A stretch of DNA of 64,000 nucleotides from Myxococcota bacterium (GTDB lineage Bacteria > Myxococcota_A > Polyangia > Nannocystales > Nannocystaceae), in the NCBI GenBank assembly GCA_039028615.1, contig JBCCHT010000011.1, forward strand, positions 199,916 through 263,915. Direction: 5' to 3'. The position numbers and the translations under genes were made by a program. The notes beneath the pieces were generated by a model. It worked only from the letters and a program-made list of their open reading frames with translations. It had not been told where the DNA came from and did no database searches. Position 1 is the first letter of the stretch, and each line of letters opens with the position of its first letter. Shown piece after piece: positions 39,259 through 49,168 of this stretch.

Positions 39259-40968
39259 GTGAGCAGCCGACGTCAGTTCTTGACCGCGCTTGCGGCCTCC
39301 GCCGCGGCCTGCCGCGTGACGCCGACCGGACAGCCGGGCACGGCCGCGACCGCCTCGACCGACCTCGACAGCCTCGCCGCCGCCGAGAAGGTCCTCGGCA
39401 TCGAGCACACGCCCGCCGAACGGGAACAGATCGCCGCCACCCTCGACGAGCAGCTCGGTCTCGTCGCCTCTCGCCGCGGACATCCGCTCCCCAACGAACT
39501 CGCGCCTGCCACCGTCTTCGACCCGCGGCTACCTGGCACGGCCGTGCCGACCAGCACCACGCGGGCCTTTCCCGAGGTCGGCGAAGCCCTGCCCGCCGAC
39601 GACGAGTCGATCGCCTTTGCGAGCGTCGCCTCGCTGTCGAAGTGGATCGCGACCAAGCAGATCACCAGCCGACGGCTCACCGAGCTCTACTTGGAGCGAC
39701 TCGAGCGGATCGGGCCGAGCTTGGAGTGCGTGATCACGCTGACCCGGGAGCTGGCGCTGCAGCAGGCCGACCGCGCCGACAAAGAGATCGCCGCCGGCAA
39801 GCTCCGCGGGCCGCTGCACGGCATCCCCTGGGGCGCCAAAGACCTGTTCGATACCAAGGGCATCAAGACCACCTGGGGCGCCAAGCCCTACGAAGACCGC
39901 GTCGGACCGAGCGATGCCACCGTCGTGCAGCGCCTCGAAGCGGCCGGGGCCGTGTTGGTCGCCAAGCTCTCGCTCGGGGCCTTGGCCTATGGTGACCTGT
40001 GGTTCGGCGGGCGGACCCGCAACCCGTGGAATCCGGTCGAGGGTTCGAGTGGCTCGAGCGCAGGCTCGGCTTCGGCCGTCGCAGCCGGGCTCGTGGGGTT
40101 TGCGTTGGGCACCGAGACTCTGGGGTCGATTGTCTCGCCGTCCATGCGATGCGGCGTCACGGGCTTGCGACCCACCTTTGGTCGTGTGCCGCGGACCGGG
40201 GCGATGGCGTTGTGCTGGTCGATGGACAAGGTCGGACCCATCACCCGTCGAGTCGAGGATGCCGCGATGGTCCTGGCTGCCATCGATGGAGCCGACCCCG
40301 GCGATGCCTCCAGTCGCGATGTTCCCTTGGCGCTCGATCTGAAGCGCCCACTCGAGGGTTTGAAGGTCGGCATCATCCCGGGATGGTTTGCCGACCCGGA
40401 GCTGAGCGAGCCCGAGAAGGCGCTGCCCGCCGTCGTCAAAGAGCTGGGCATGGAGCTGGTCGAGCTACCCTCGCTTCCCGACCTGCCCTACGCCGCCATG
40501 CTCACCGTGCTGTACACCGAGGCCGCCGCCGCCTTCGAGACGCTGATGCTCGACGGTAGTGACGACCAGCTCGTCTGGCAGGACCTCAACGCCTGGCCCA
40601 ACAGCTTTCGGCGCACGCGGCTGCTCGGCGCGATCGAGTTCGTGCAAGGGCAACGGATCCGTCGCGAAGTCATGGGGGCGCTGGCCGAGCGCTTTGCCCA
40701 AGTCGACGTCATGGTCGGGCCCAGCTACGCGGGCGGCATGCTGACGATCACCAACATGACCGGGCACCCCTGTCTCACGATTCCCGCCGGGTTCGTCGAG
40801 CGACCGCCGATCGACTCGTTGAGCAATGCACCGATGGACGGGGACGCGCGATCGATGCCGCAGGGGATCACGGTGTGGGGGCGGCTGTACGACGAAGGCA
40901 CGCTGTGCCGGGTGGGCTTGGCGTTGCAAGAGCACTACGGCGTGGCACCCAAACGCCCACCCATGTGA
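39259..40968 (+). CDS. Amidase-signature family enzyme, Tat-type signal/lipoprotein
   Basis: SSRRQFL..AAAC; GPLHGIPWGAKD, GSSGSSAGS, GTETLGSIVSPS. Confidence 0.93.
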   Translation: MSSRRQFLTALAASAAACRVTPTGQPGTAATASTDLDSLAAAEKVLGIEHTPAEREQIAATLDEQLGLVASRRGHPLPNELAPATVFDPRLPGTAVPTSTTRAFPEVGEALPADDESIAFASVASLSKWIATKQITSRRLTELYLERLERIGPSLECVITLTRELALQQADRADKEIAAGKLRGPLHGIPWGAKDLFDTKGIKTTWGAKPYEDRVGPSDATVVQRLEAAGAVLVAKLSLGALAYGDLWFGGRTRNPWNPVEGSSGSSAGSASAVAAGLVGFALGTETLGSIVSPSMRCGVTGLRPTFGRVPRTGAMALCWSMDKVGPITRRVEDAAMVLAAIDGADPGDASSRDVPLALDLKRPLEGLKVGIIPGWFADPELSEPEKALPAVVKELGMELVELPSLPDLPYAAMLTVLYTEAAAAFETLMLDGSDDQLVWQDLNAWPNSFRRTRLLGAIEFVQGQRIRREVMGALAERFAQVDVMVGPSYAGGMLTITNMTGHPCLTIPAGFVERPPIDSLSNAPMDGDARSMPQGITVWGRLYDEGTLCRVGLALQEHYGVAPKRPPM

Positions 40969-40993
40969 ATGGAGATCCCGTCGCCGACTCTTG

Positions 40994-41476
40994 TTACGGG
41001 CTCTCGGTCGACTCGGCTGCCTCGAGTGCCTCGACGTCCGCAGCATCCTTGAGATGCCCAGTCGCTCGCTGGTTCTCGAGAAGCTCCGTGCGGCCGATGA
41101 CGCGAACATCGACACCGTCGATCGTTCGAACGAAACTCCCAGCCCAAGCGGAGTCGAACTCTACGCCCTCAACACTCGTGAGGAGGTCGACTGCGAATGG
41201 CCGCCTTCCAAAGCGGAAGCCAGTGGGAGGACTTCCTTCGACCCTCGCCAGGTCATCGACGGACAGGCCGGGCGGCATTCCGAATTCACGAAGCGCCGTC
41301 ATGACGCGATGCGCATTCTAGAGCGACGGCCGAAGCCAGACATCGAGGTCCTCGGTGGCGCGCACGGGGCCATGAGCCATCACGGCGTAGCCATCGACGA
41401 GCATGTACTCGACCTGCGCCTCTTCGAGGCAGACGAGCAAATCCATGAAGTCGGGCGGCAGGCTGGGATTCGTCAA
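40994..41476 (-). pseudogene. Nucleotidyltransferase (DUF6036/AbiEii-like), interrupted by in-frame TAG at 41320-41318
   Basis: From TTG 41476: ..VEYMLVDGYAVMAHGPVRATEDLDVWLRPSL*NAHRVMTALREFG..ATGHLKDAADVEAL. Has RATEDLD and KD..D motifs; the usual GG motif appears as DG. Confidence 0.75.
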
Positions 41477-41703
41477 CCGATACGCTCCAGCGGCCACTTT
41501 TGGCGTTCTTCTCGTGGCGTCGGGCCCTCTGGGTAGGGCACGCCGGCGAGGGCGAACCCCGCCCGTCGGAGGCGCTCTAGCTGTGCGAACCGCTCCACGA
41601 GCGTCGTTGGTGGTGCGAGCGGCGAGTCCGAGAGTTCCTGAAGACGCCAGGTCTCGCGCCGTCGCTGGGCGCGAGCGCTACGGGCTTCTGCGTCGTCGAC
41701 CAC
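41473..41703 (-). CDS. Small protein translationally coupled to the nucleotidyltransferase (antitoxin-like partner)
   Basis: 76 aa; its TGA overlaps the downstream TTG (TTGA); extended -10 TGCTATGAT 6 nt upstream of the GTG. Confidence 0.6.
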   Translation of the reverse strand: MVDDAEARSARAQRRRETWRLQELSDSPLAPPTTLVERFAQLERLRRAGFALAGVPYPEGPTPREERQKWPLERIG

Positions 41704-41808
41704 GGCACCATCATAGCACCGCGGAGGAGCCGTCGTCGGGACGCCCCCTGGGTCAGCGAACGGCCGTAGGCATAAAGCCCCGGCCGTGCACCGACCCATT
41801 CCCGACGG

Positions 41809-43752
41809 TCAGCCGTCTTCGCCGCGGAGCTTCGCGAGGACCGAGATGTCTTCGAGCGTGGTCACGTCGCCTGCGGGCTGCTTTCCGGCGGCCAGCTCGG
41901 CCAACAGCCGCCGCATGATCTTCCCGCTGCGAGTCTTGGGCACGGCGTCGGCAAACCGGACGCTCGCGGGGCGGGCGAACTTGCCGATCTCTTTGCCGAC
42001 ATGCTCGGTCAGCTCCTTCTTGAGGTCCTCGCTCGGGGTGACGGTGCCCTTGAGGGTGACGAAGGCGACGAGCGCCTGCCCGGTCAGCTCGTCGGGGCGG
42101 GCGACGACGGCGGCTTCGGCCACGGCCGGGTGGGCGACCAGGGCACTCTCGAGCTCGGCGGTACCGAGGCGATGGCCGGAGACGTTGACGACGTCGTCCA
42201 CGCGACCCATGACCCAGAAGTAGCCGTCCTCGTCGCGGCGGGCTCCGTCTCCAGTGAAGTACTTGCCCTCGAACTTGGAAAAGTAGGTGTCACGGAAGCG
42301 CTGGTCGTCACCCCAGACGGTGCGCAGCATGGAGGGCCAGGGCTGGTCGACGACGAGGTAGCCGCCTTCGTTGGCGTCGGCCTCGGTGCCGTCTTCACGC
42401 AGGATCTTGGGCGAGACGCCGAAGAAGGGCAGCGTGCAGGAGCCGGGCTTGGCCGCGATGGCCCCGGGCAGCGGGGTCATCATGATCCCGCCGGTCTCCG
42501 TCTGCCACCAGGTGTCGATGATGGGGCAACGGTCGCCACCGATGACGGAGCGGTACCAGATCCACGCCTCGGGGTTGATGGGCTCGCCGACGGTGCCGAG
42601 CAGACGCAGCGAGCTCATGTCGTGCTTGTTGGGATGCTCGTCGCCCCACTTGATGAAGGCCCGAATCGCAGTGGGCGCGGTGTAGAAGATGGTGACCTTG
42701 TGGCGCTCGACCATGTCCCAGAAGCGGTCGAGACCGGGGTGGTTGGGCGCACCTTCGTACATGACGACGGTGGCTCCGTTGGCGAGCGGACCGTAGACGA
42801 TGTAGCTGTGGCCGGTGATCCAGCCGACGTCGGCGGTGCACCAGTACACGTCGTCCTCGCGCAGGTCGAAGACGTACTTGCTGGTGACGTAGGTGCCCAC
42901 CATGTAGCCGCCCGTGGTGTGCATGACCCCCTTGGGCTTGCCCGTGGTGCCCGAGGTGTAGAGGATGAACAGCGGGTGCTCGGCGGGCAGGGCCGGGGCC
43001 TCGTGGGTGTCGGCGACGCCCTCGAGGGCGGCGCTCCACTCGATGTCGCGGCCCTCCTCCATGGTGATGTCGTTGTTGGTGCGGCGCAGCACGAGGGTGC
43101 GGGCGACGTCGGGGCAGCTGGCGAGCGCAGCGTCGACCTGGGCCTTGAGCGGCACGACCTTGCCGCGTCGCCAGGCGCCGTCCTGGGTGATGACGGTGGT
43201 GGCCCCGGCGTCGAGGATGCGATCGCGAACGGCATCGGCGGCAAAGCCCCCGAAGATGACGCTGTGGATGGCCCCGATCCGAGCGCAGGCGAGCATGGCG
43301 ATGGCCGCCTCGGGCACCATGCCCATGTAGATGACGACGCGATCGCCCATGGCCACGCCGGACTTCAGCAAGGCGTTGGCGAAGCGACTGACCTCGCGGG
43401 TGAGCTCGGCGTAGGTCAGCGTCACGATCTCGCCCGGCTCGCCCTCCCAGACAAAGGCCCGCGCGTCACCCCGGCCGGCCGCGACCTGACGATCGAGACA
43501 GTTGTAGGCGAGGTTGGTGGTGCCGTCCTCGAACCACTTGGCGAAGGGCGGGTCCCACTGGCGGATCTTGGTGGGCGCGGTGAACCAGTGCAGCTCCTTG
43601 GCCTGCTCGGCCCAGAATCCCTCGGGGTCCTCGATACTGCGGCGATACAGCTGCTCGTACTCCTCGCGCGACTTCACCCGAGCCTGCTCGGCGAAGGCGG
43701 CGGGGGGCTCGAAAACACGGGACTCCTTGGAAACGCTCTTGATCGTCGTCAT
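41809..43752 (-). CDS. acs: Acetyl-CoA synthetase
   Basis: [55 protein letters not shown]. Confidence 0.98.
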   Translation of the reverse strand: MTTIKSVSKESRVFEPPAAFAEQARVKSREEYEQLYRRSIEDPEGFWAEQAKELHWFTAPTKIRQWDPPFAKWFEDGTTNLAYNCLDRQVAAGRGDARAFVWEGEPGEIVTLTYAELTREVSRFANALLKSGVAMGDRVVIYMGMVPEAAIAMLACARIGAIHSVIFGGFAADAVRDRILDAGATTVITQDGAWRRGKVVPLKAQVDAALASCPDVARTLVLRRTNNDITMEEGRDIEWSAALEGVADTHEAPALPAEHPLFILYTSGTTGKPKGVMHTTGGYMVGTYVTSKYVFDLREDDVYWCTADVGWITGHSYIVYGPLANGATVVMYEGAPNHPGLDRFWDMVERHKVTIFYTAPTAIRAFIKWGDEHPNKHDMSSLRLLGTVGEPINPEAWIWYRSVIGGDRCPIIDTWWQTETGGIMMTPLPGAIAAKPGSCTLPFFGVSPKILREDGTEADANEGGYLVVDQPWPSMLRTVWGDDQRFRDTYFSKFEGKYFTGDGARRDEDGYFWVMGRVDDVVNVSGHRLGTAELESALVAHPAVAEAAVVARPDELTGQALVAFVTLKGTVTPSEDLKKELTEHVGKEIGKFARPASVRFADAVPKTRSGKIMRRLLAELAAGKQPAGDVTTLEDISVLAKLRGEDG

Positions 43753-43928
43753 GGCTCGGGCAGTTCGGGGGCACGCGCGGCCCGAGGGTGGGCCAGCGTA
43801 GGTGCCGGGATTACCACAGATCGACCGCAGCGGTCGTGCAGCGAGCGGCCGGTTTCGGGCACGCGTGAGCGGGCGCCCGCTCGTGATTGCCCCGCAGCGA
43901 TAAAAACTCGGACAAACTGGGTTCCGCC

Positions 43929-44603
43929 GTGAGCACCCCTCCCCCCGCACTGGCACGAGTCCGAAAGCTGCTCGCGCTGGCGACCTCGCCCAACCCCCAC
44001 GAAGCCGCAGTGGCGGCCGCCCGGGCGCAAGCGCTGATCGAGACCCACCGCCTGCAGGCATGGCTCGAAGCGGAGGAGCGCGCCGAGGCGGACCCGGACC
44101 CGATCGTCGACGCCCGCGACACCCCCCTGGCCACGGGTCGTCGCATTCGAAAGTGGAAGTCGGCGTTGGCCTCGGTGCTCGCGCAGGCCAACGGCTGCGT
44201 CGCCTATACCGGTCAGGCAGGGCGCGAGCAGTCGATCGTGTTGGTGGGTCGCAGCCGCGATCGCGAGGCGGTGCGCGAGCTGTGGGACTGGCTGGTCAAG
44301 CGCATCGAGTGGCTGTCGGCGACGCATGGCGAGGGCCACGATCGCAAGTGGCACGAGGCGTTTCGGATCGGCGTGGTCGATGCGGTGGCCCAGCGCCTGA
44401 GCGAGGCCCGCTCGGAGGCGCGCGCCGAGCTCGGCGAGGCCGCGTTGGTGCGCGTGGACCCGGCGATCGTGGCGCACCGTGACGCGCTCGAGCGCTTCGT
44501 GGGGGAGCACCTGAAGCTGGGCAAAGGGCGCTCGATCCGGGTGGATGCCGACGCCTGGGAGCGCGGGCGCAAGGCCTCGGGCGACCTCGTGCTGCCGGAC
44601 TGA
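43929..44603 (+). CDS. DUF2786 domain protein
   Basis: [29 protein letters not shown]-terminal motif. Confidence 0.85.
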   Translation: MSTPPPALARVRKLLALATSPNPHEAAVAAARAQALIETHRLQAWLEAEERAEADPDPIVDARDTPLATGRRIRKWKSALASVLAQANGCVAYTGQAGREQSIVLVGRSRDREAVRELWDWLVKRIEWLSATHGEGHDRKWHEAFRIGVVDAVAQRLSEARSEARAELGEAALVRVDPAIVAHRDALERFVGEHLKLGKGRSIRVDADAWERGRKASGDLVLPD

Positions 44604-44627
44604 GCCCGGTGTACCCTCCCGACCGCG

Positions 44628-44879
44628 ATGATCTACCCCTACAGCAACGAGACGCAGACCAACTGGGGGCGCGGCAAGTACAAGGTGCAGCTCAACCTGC
44701 CCAACAACTCGCGCCCCATGGGGTTTTGCGACGGGACGGACGCCGACGTGGCGGAACTGCAAGCCATCGCCGAGAACGAGGGCGCCGACGAGATGCGCAT
44801 CGAGAAGAAGTTCCTCAAGACGGGGCGCGAGATCTGGACGCTGCACGGCGGCGACCAGCCCCACTACGAGCAGGACTGA
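44628..44879 (+). CDS. Small hypothetical protein (83 aa)
   Basis: GC3-biased codon usage like neighbouring genes; fills the gap between neighbours. Confidence 0.7.
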   Translation: MIYPYSNETQTNWGRGKYKVQLNLPNNSRPMGFCDGTDADVAELQAIAENEGADEMRIEKKFLKTGREIWTLHGGDQPHYEQD

Positions 44880-44903
44880 TCGCGCCCGCCCGCCGCGACG
44901 CGC

Positions 44904-47363
44904 TCAGCTCTTGATGCGCTCCATCTTGGGGTCGTACATGGGGCGAATCGAAAGCCGCGCAGGCACCCGGCGTCCCGCGACATCGACCTCCCAGGTCCCG
45001 CCCTCGATGTACGCTTTTTTGATCGGCTCGTCCGCCTCGATCATCGCCAGCCCGACCGCCCCGCCGAGGGTGTGACCGTACGACGCCGCCCGGATGTACC
45101 CGGCCGGCTTGCCATCGCGATAGACGATCTCCGCGTGGTACATCATCGGCTCTGGCTCGAGCAGCAGCACCTGTAGGAGCCGCCGCTGCAGCGGACCCTT
45201 GGCCTTGAAGGCCGCGACCGCGTCGCGCCCGATGAACCCGCCCGGCTTGTCGAGCGCCACCGCAAAGCCGAGCCCGGCCTCGAGCGGCGAGTCGGTGTTG
45301 TCGATGTCGTGGCCGTAGTCGCGATAGGCCTTCTCCATGCGCAGGCTGGCCAGCGCCTTGAGGCCGGCGTGGCGCAGGTCGAAGTTCTTGCCCGCGTCGA
45401 TGAGCCGGTCGTAGACGTGCGCCGCCTGCTCGGAGGGGATGTACAGCTCGTAGCCCAGCTCGCCGAGGTAGGTGATCCGCACGCATAGCAGCCGCGCAAA
45501 GCCGATGTCGATCTCCCGCGCGGTACGGAACGGAAACGCCTCGTTCGACAGGTCGGCGGTGGTGAGCGACTGCATCAGCTCGCGCGAGCGGGGGCCCTGC
45601 ACGTTGATCTGGCAGTAACCCGAGGTCACGTCGGTGGCGAAGACGTGGGCGTCCTCGGGGAAGTGCCGCCGCATCCAGGTCAGCGCATGGCGATGGGCGG
45701 TGTCGGAGGCCACGACCCAGAAGCGCTCGTCGCCGAGCTTGGTCACGGTGAGGTCGGCCTCGAGCGTGCCCCCCTCGTTGAGCCACTGCGTGTAGGTGAT
45801 GAGCCCGGTCTCGTCGTTGACCCGGTTGGCGGAGATCCAGTCGAGGGCCTTGCCCGCGTCGCGCCCCTGCACGAGGTATTTGGCCATGAACGACATGTCC
45901 ATGACGATGACGCCCTCGCGGCATGCGTCGTGCTCGGCCTTCCAGCGCGAGAACCACTGCGGGCGGCCCCAGCTGAGCGGGCCGGGATCGGGGGTCTGGC
46001 CCGGCTCGCCGTACCAGTCGGGGCCCTCCCAGCCGCTGACGTCCTTGAAGTACGCCCCTTGGGCCGCGAGGCGATCGTGGATCGCCGATTTCTTGCAGCC
46101 GCGCGCCGTCTGCATCGAGCGCGTGGGGTAGTGACACTGGTAGACCATGCCCAGCGACTCGACGGTGCGCGTGCGTCGGTACTCGGGGTTGGTCTGGTAC
46201 GGGTGCAGGCGGTCGATGTTCATGCCCGTGACATCGACGTCGGGGCGCCCCTCGAGGATCCAGTGCGCCATGATCTTGCCGAGCCCGCCGCCGGTCAGGA
46301 TGCCGATGGAGTTGAGGCCCGCGGCGACGAAGTAGTTCTTCAGCTCGGGCGCCTCACCGACGATCGGCGACAGGTCGGGGGTGAAGCTCTCGGGGCCGCA
46401 GAAGAACTTCTTGACCCCGGTGTCCACCGAGCACGGCACGCGGCTCATCGCCTTCTCGACGTAGGGCATCATGCGCTCCCAGTCGGGCTCGAGCTCGCCG
46501 AACGAGAAGTCCTGGGGCACGCCGCCCACCTTCCAGGGGGCACACACCGGCTCGAACAAGCCGATCATCAGGCCGCCGACCTCTTCGCGGTAGTAGCCGT
46601 AGGAGCTGGGGTCCTCGATCACCGGGCAGTCGGCGCTCAGCCCCTCCATGTCGTCGGTGATGAGGTAGTAGTGCTCGGCCGATTGCAGGGGGATGTGCAC
46701 CCCGGACATCTCGCCCAGCTGCCGCGCCCACATGCCCGCGCAGTTGACCACGACCTCGGCCTTGATGTCGCCGTGCGAGGTCCGAACCCCGGTCACCGCA
46801 CCGCGCTGCTGGGTGACTCCGGTGACGGTGACGCCCTCGCAGATCGTCGCCCCCTGCAGCCGGGCGCCCTTGGCCAGCGACATGGTGAGGTCGACCGGGT
46901 TCGCCCGCCCGTCGCCCTCGACATAGAAGCCAGCGAGGATGTCCTCGGTGCGCGCCAGTGGGAACAGGTCGGCGACCTGCGTGCCGGAAATCTCCTGCAC
47001 GTCGACACCGCAGTGGCGGTTGAAGGCGGACACGCGGCGAAACTCCTCGAGCCGGTCTTCGTTGGTCGCAAGCTCGATGAACCCGACCGGCTTGAACCCG
47101 GTGGACAGCCCCGTCTCCTCCTCGAGCCGCGAGTACAGGTCGCGGGTATAGGTCCGCATCCACGTCGACGTCTCGGAGGTCGAGCCGAAGGTCACGACCA
47201 AGCCCGCCGCGTGCCAGGTGGTGCCCGAGGTCAAGCGATCGCGCTCGAGCACCACGACGTCTTTGCAGCCCATGTGGGCGAGGTGATAGGCGACCGAGGT
47301 TCCGATGACGCCGCCACCGATGATGACGACCCGGGCCTGCGAGGGGAGCTGCGGTGCCTTCAT
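44904..47363 (-). CDS. FAD-dependent oxidoreductase with GcvT (THF-binding) domain, sarcosine/dimethylglycine dehydrogenase-like
   Basis: IIGGGVIG, SGTTWHAAG, GPESFTPD, DMSFMAK, TYLGELGYEL, SLRMEKAYR. Confidence 0.95.
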   Translation of the reverse strand: MKAPQLPSQARVVIIGGGVIGTSVAYHLAHMGCKDVVVLERDRLTSGTTWHAAGLVVTFGSTSETSTWMRTYTRDLYSRLEEETGLSTGFKPVGFIELATNEDRLEEFRRVSAFNRHCGVDVQEISGTQVADLFPLARTEDILAGFYVEGDGRANPVDLTMSLAKGARLQGATICEGVTVTGVTQQRGAVTGVRTSHGDIKAEVVVNCAGMWARQLGEMSGVHIPLQSAEHYYLITDDMEGLSADCPVIEDPSSYGYYREEVGGLMIGLFEPVCAPWKVGGVPQDFSFGELEPDWERMMPYVEKAMSRVPCSVDTGVKKFFCGPESFTPDLSPIVGEAPELKNYFVAAGLNSIGILTGGGLGKIMAHWILEGRPDVDVTGMNIDRLHPYQTNPEYRRTRTVESLGMVYQCHYPTRSMQTARGCKKSAIHDRLAAQGAYFKDVSGWEGPDWYGEPGQTPDPGPLSWGRPQWFSRWKAEHDACREGVIVMDMSFMAKYLVQGRDAGKALDWISANRVNDETGLITYTQWLNEGGTLEADLTVTKLGDERFWVVASDTAHRHALTWMRRHFPEDAHVFATDVTSGYCQINVQGPRSRELMQSLTTADLSNEAFPFRTAREIDIGFARLLCVRITYLGELGYELYIPSEQAAHVYDRLIDAGKNFDLRHAGLKALASLRMEKAYRDYGHDIDNTDSPLEAGLGFAVALDKPGGFIGRDAVAAFKAKGPLQRRLLQVLLLEPEPMMYHAEIVYRDGKPAGYIRAASYGHTLGGAVGLAMIEADEPIKKAYIEGGTWEVDVAGRRVPARLSIRPMYDPKMERIKS

Positions 47364-47580
47364 GGGAGCGGGAGGATACCCACCTTGGTGGCAATGTCGA
47401 CCCACCGCGACGAAGGCATCGGCGGCCGCTCGGGGCAAGGATCGACCGATGCGCGGCTAGCGGCTTTCGCCGGAAAAACCACGCTCCACGAGCACCACCC
47501 GGGCACGGCCCACCGCCTGCCCCAGCAGCACGAGTCCACAGACGGCGTTCATTCGCGATTTTCGGCCCACGGGCTCGTCG

Positions 47581-47600
47581 ATTTAAACGATCGTTTAAAT
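47581..47600. promoter_or_regulatory. Perfect 20-bp palindrome ATTTAAACGATCGTTTAAAT, putative TetR operator
   Basis: Self-complementary AT-rich island directly upstream of the TetR promoter. Confidence 0.8.
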
Positions 47601-47605
47601 TTAAC

Positions 47606-47634
47606 TTGCGATCGTTTCACGACCTCCCTACCTT
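47606..47634 (+). promoter_or_regulatory. Sigma-70 promoter TTGCGA-N17-TACCTT, leaderless for the TetR gene
   Basis: 17-nt spacer; -10 box ends 6 nt before GTG 47641. Confidence 0.6.
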
Positions 47635-47640
47635 GCCCTC

Positions 47641-48267
47641 GTGAGTGAAACCGCCGACCGGATCCGTGCCTGTGCGACTCGCTTGTTCGCCGACCTCGGC
47701 TATGCCGGCACCTCCGTTCGGGCGATCTGCACCGCCGCGGGCACCAACGTCAACGCGGTGAGCTACCACTTTGGCGGCAAGCAGGCGCTCTACGAGGACA
47801 TCATCGCCCGAATCGGTGACGACCGCCTCGCGAGCGCCCAGCGGCTCCTGGGCGAGCCGCCCCGAGATCTGGCCGATCTCGAGAGCCGGCTGCAGCTATT
47901 CGCCGAGGAGACGCTGGCCGCCCACCTCGACGACCCCGCGCCCCTCATCATCCTGTTCGCGGAGATGCAGCAGCGGTTCCGAAACTGCGACGCCGCGGTC
48001 ATCGGCAGCCTGGGCAAGCACCACGAGGTCCTGCTCGGGTTCCTGGCCTCGGCCCGCCACCGGAGGATGCTGCGCAAGGGCATCGACATCGACATCGTGG
48101 CCGGCTCGCTGCTCGAGCGGCTCAACAACCAAGTCCACTATGCCGAGTTCATCGAAGCGAACTACGGCACCTCGATCCGAGTTCCCAAGTACCGCCGGCA
48201 CTGGGTCCGGCAGACCATCGAAATGCTGTTGTTCGGCATCGCACGGGTGCCACTGGAGGATTCATGA
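47641..48267 (+). CDS. TetR/AcrR family transcriptional regulator
   Basis: RIRACATRLFADLGYAGTSVRAICTAAGTNVNAVSYHFGGKQALY. Confidence 0.93.
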   Translation: MSETADRIRACATRLFADLGYAGTSVRAICTAAGTNVNAVSYHFGGKQALYEDIIARIGDDRLASAQRLLGEPPRDLADLESRLQLFAEETLAAHLDDPAPLIILFAEMQQRFRNCDAAVIGSLGKHHEVLLGFLASARHRRMLRKGIDIDIVAGSLLERLNNQVHYAEFIEANYGTSIRVPKYRRHWVRQTIEMLLFGIARVPLEDS

Positions 48268-49163
48268 AAGTCACCATCGCGACCTACCATCGTCTCGCCC
48301 GCCTCATCGGAGGCCTGCTCACCCTGATGGGCCTGGGGCTCACCGCCGTGTTCGTCATGTTCACCTGGACGGGCGAAAACCCGCTCGTCGGCTCCGCGCT
48401 GACGCTCGACGGGCCCGGCTTGCTGATCATGGCGTCGATCGGTGCATTCGCGCTACCGCTGGGCCTGTCGCTGCTGTTCACCGATGCGGCGACCTCGGCT
48501 CGGCTTCGAATCGCGGCGTGTGCCCTCGGGCTGATGGCCTTGCTCCGACTCGTGGCCTTCGCCAACCCCGAGATCCGGGCGGCCGTCGGCCTCGCTCCCA
48601 TCGTCGAGTTCTTCGTGCTCGGCGGCTTGGGGTTCGTGGCCTTCGGTCTACGCCCCGACAACGAGTCGCCCATCGAGATGCGCATCGAGATCGAGGTCGA
48701 CGCACCCGCGTCCGAGGCCTGGCAGGTCCTCGGGGAGCAATTCGGCGACGTGGGACAGTGGGCGTCGAGCCTCCGCTCGTCCCAGCTCGACCGCAGCCCG
48801 GGCGTGGGCGCGGTGCGAACCTGCGAGCTGACGGGCTTCGGCCCCTTCTCCGCCGGGCGCATCTCCGAGGAGCTGCTCGAGTTCGACCCCGCGGCCATGA
48901 GGTTCATCTACGCCGCCCGCACCGGACTGCCGCGGATGTTCCACGCGGCGAAGAACCGATGGTCGGTGGAAGCGGTCGACGACCATCACTGCCGCGTACG
49001 AAGTCACGCCTCCATCGATCTGCACTGGTGGGCCCTGCCGCTGGCCACGTGGCTCGGCTGGGGCATTCGCTCGGGCGTCGATCGCTTCACCGAAGAGCTG
49101 CGGCACCGGGTGGAGCGAGGCACCGCGCATCCTCGCAAGGCGGCCGCGCTCGCTCGAGCCTGA
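48264..49163 (+). CDS. 4-TM membrane domain fused to SRPBCC/START-like ligand-binding domain
   Basis: Four hydrophobic helices, then IEVDAPASEAWQVLGEQFGDVGQWAS..GVGAVRTC..E.LLEFD; ATGA overlap with TetR. Confidence 0.8.
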   Translation: MKVTIATYHRLARLIGGLLTLMGLGLTAVFVMFTWTGENPLVGSALTLDGPGLLIMASIGAFALPLGLSLLFTDAATSARLRIAACALGLMALLRLVAFANPEIRAAVGLAPIVEFFVLGGLGFVAFGLRPDNESPIEMRIEIEVDAPASEAWQVLGEQFGDVGQWASSLRSSQLDRSPGVGAVRTCELTGFGPFSAGRISEELLEFDPAAMRFIYAARTGLPRMFHAAKNRWSVEAVDDHHCRVRSHASIDLHWWALPLATWLGWGIRSGVDRFTEELRHRVERGTAHPRKAAALARA

Positions 49164-49168
49164 AGGGC

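Noticed and set aside
34844..39483. Treating 36014-37942, 34844-35992, 38974-39483 and 38089-38961 as four genes or two nonsense pseudogenes
   Set aside because: Both breaks are in-frame TGA with SECIS-like hairpins, one exactly at the deiodinase catalytic position, and there is no other sign of decay.
41318..41320. In-frame TAG as pyrrolysine or amber recoding
   Set aside because: TAG is used as a normal stop elsewhere in the window, no pyl genes are seen, and a second damaging substitution in the same gene indicates a pseudogene.
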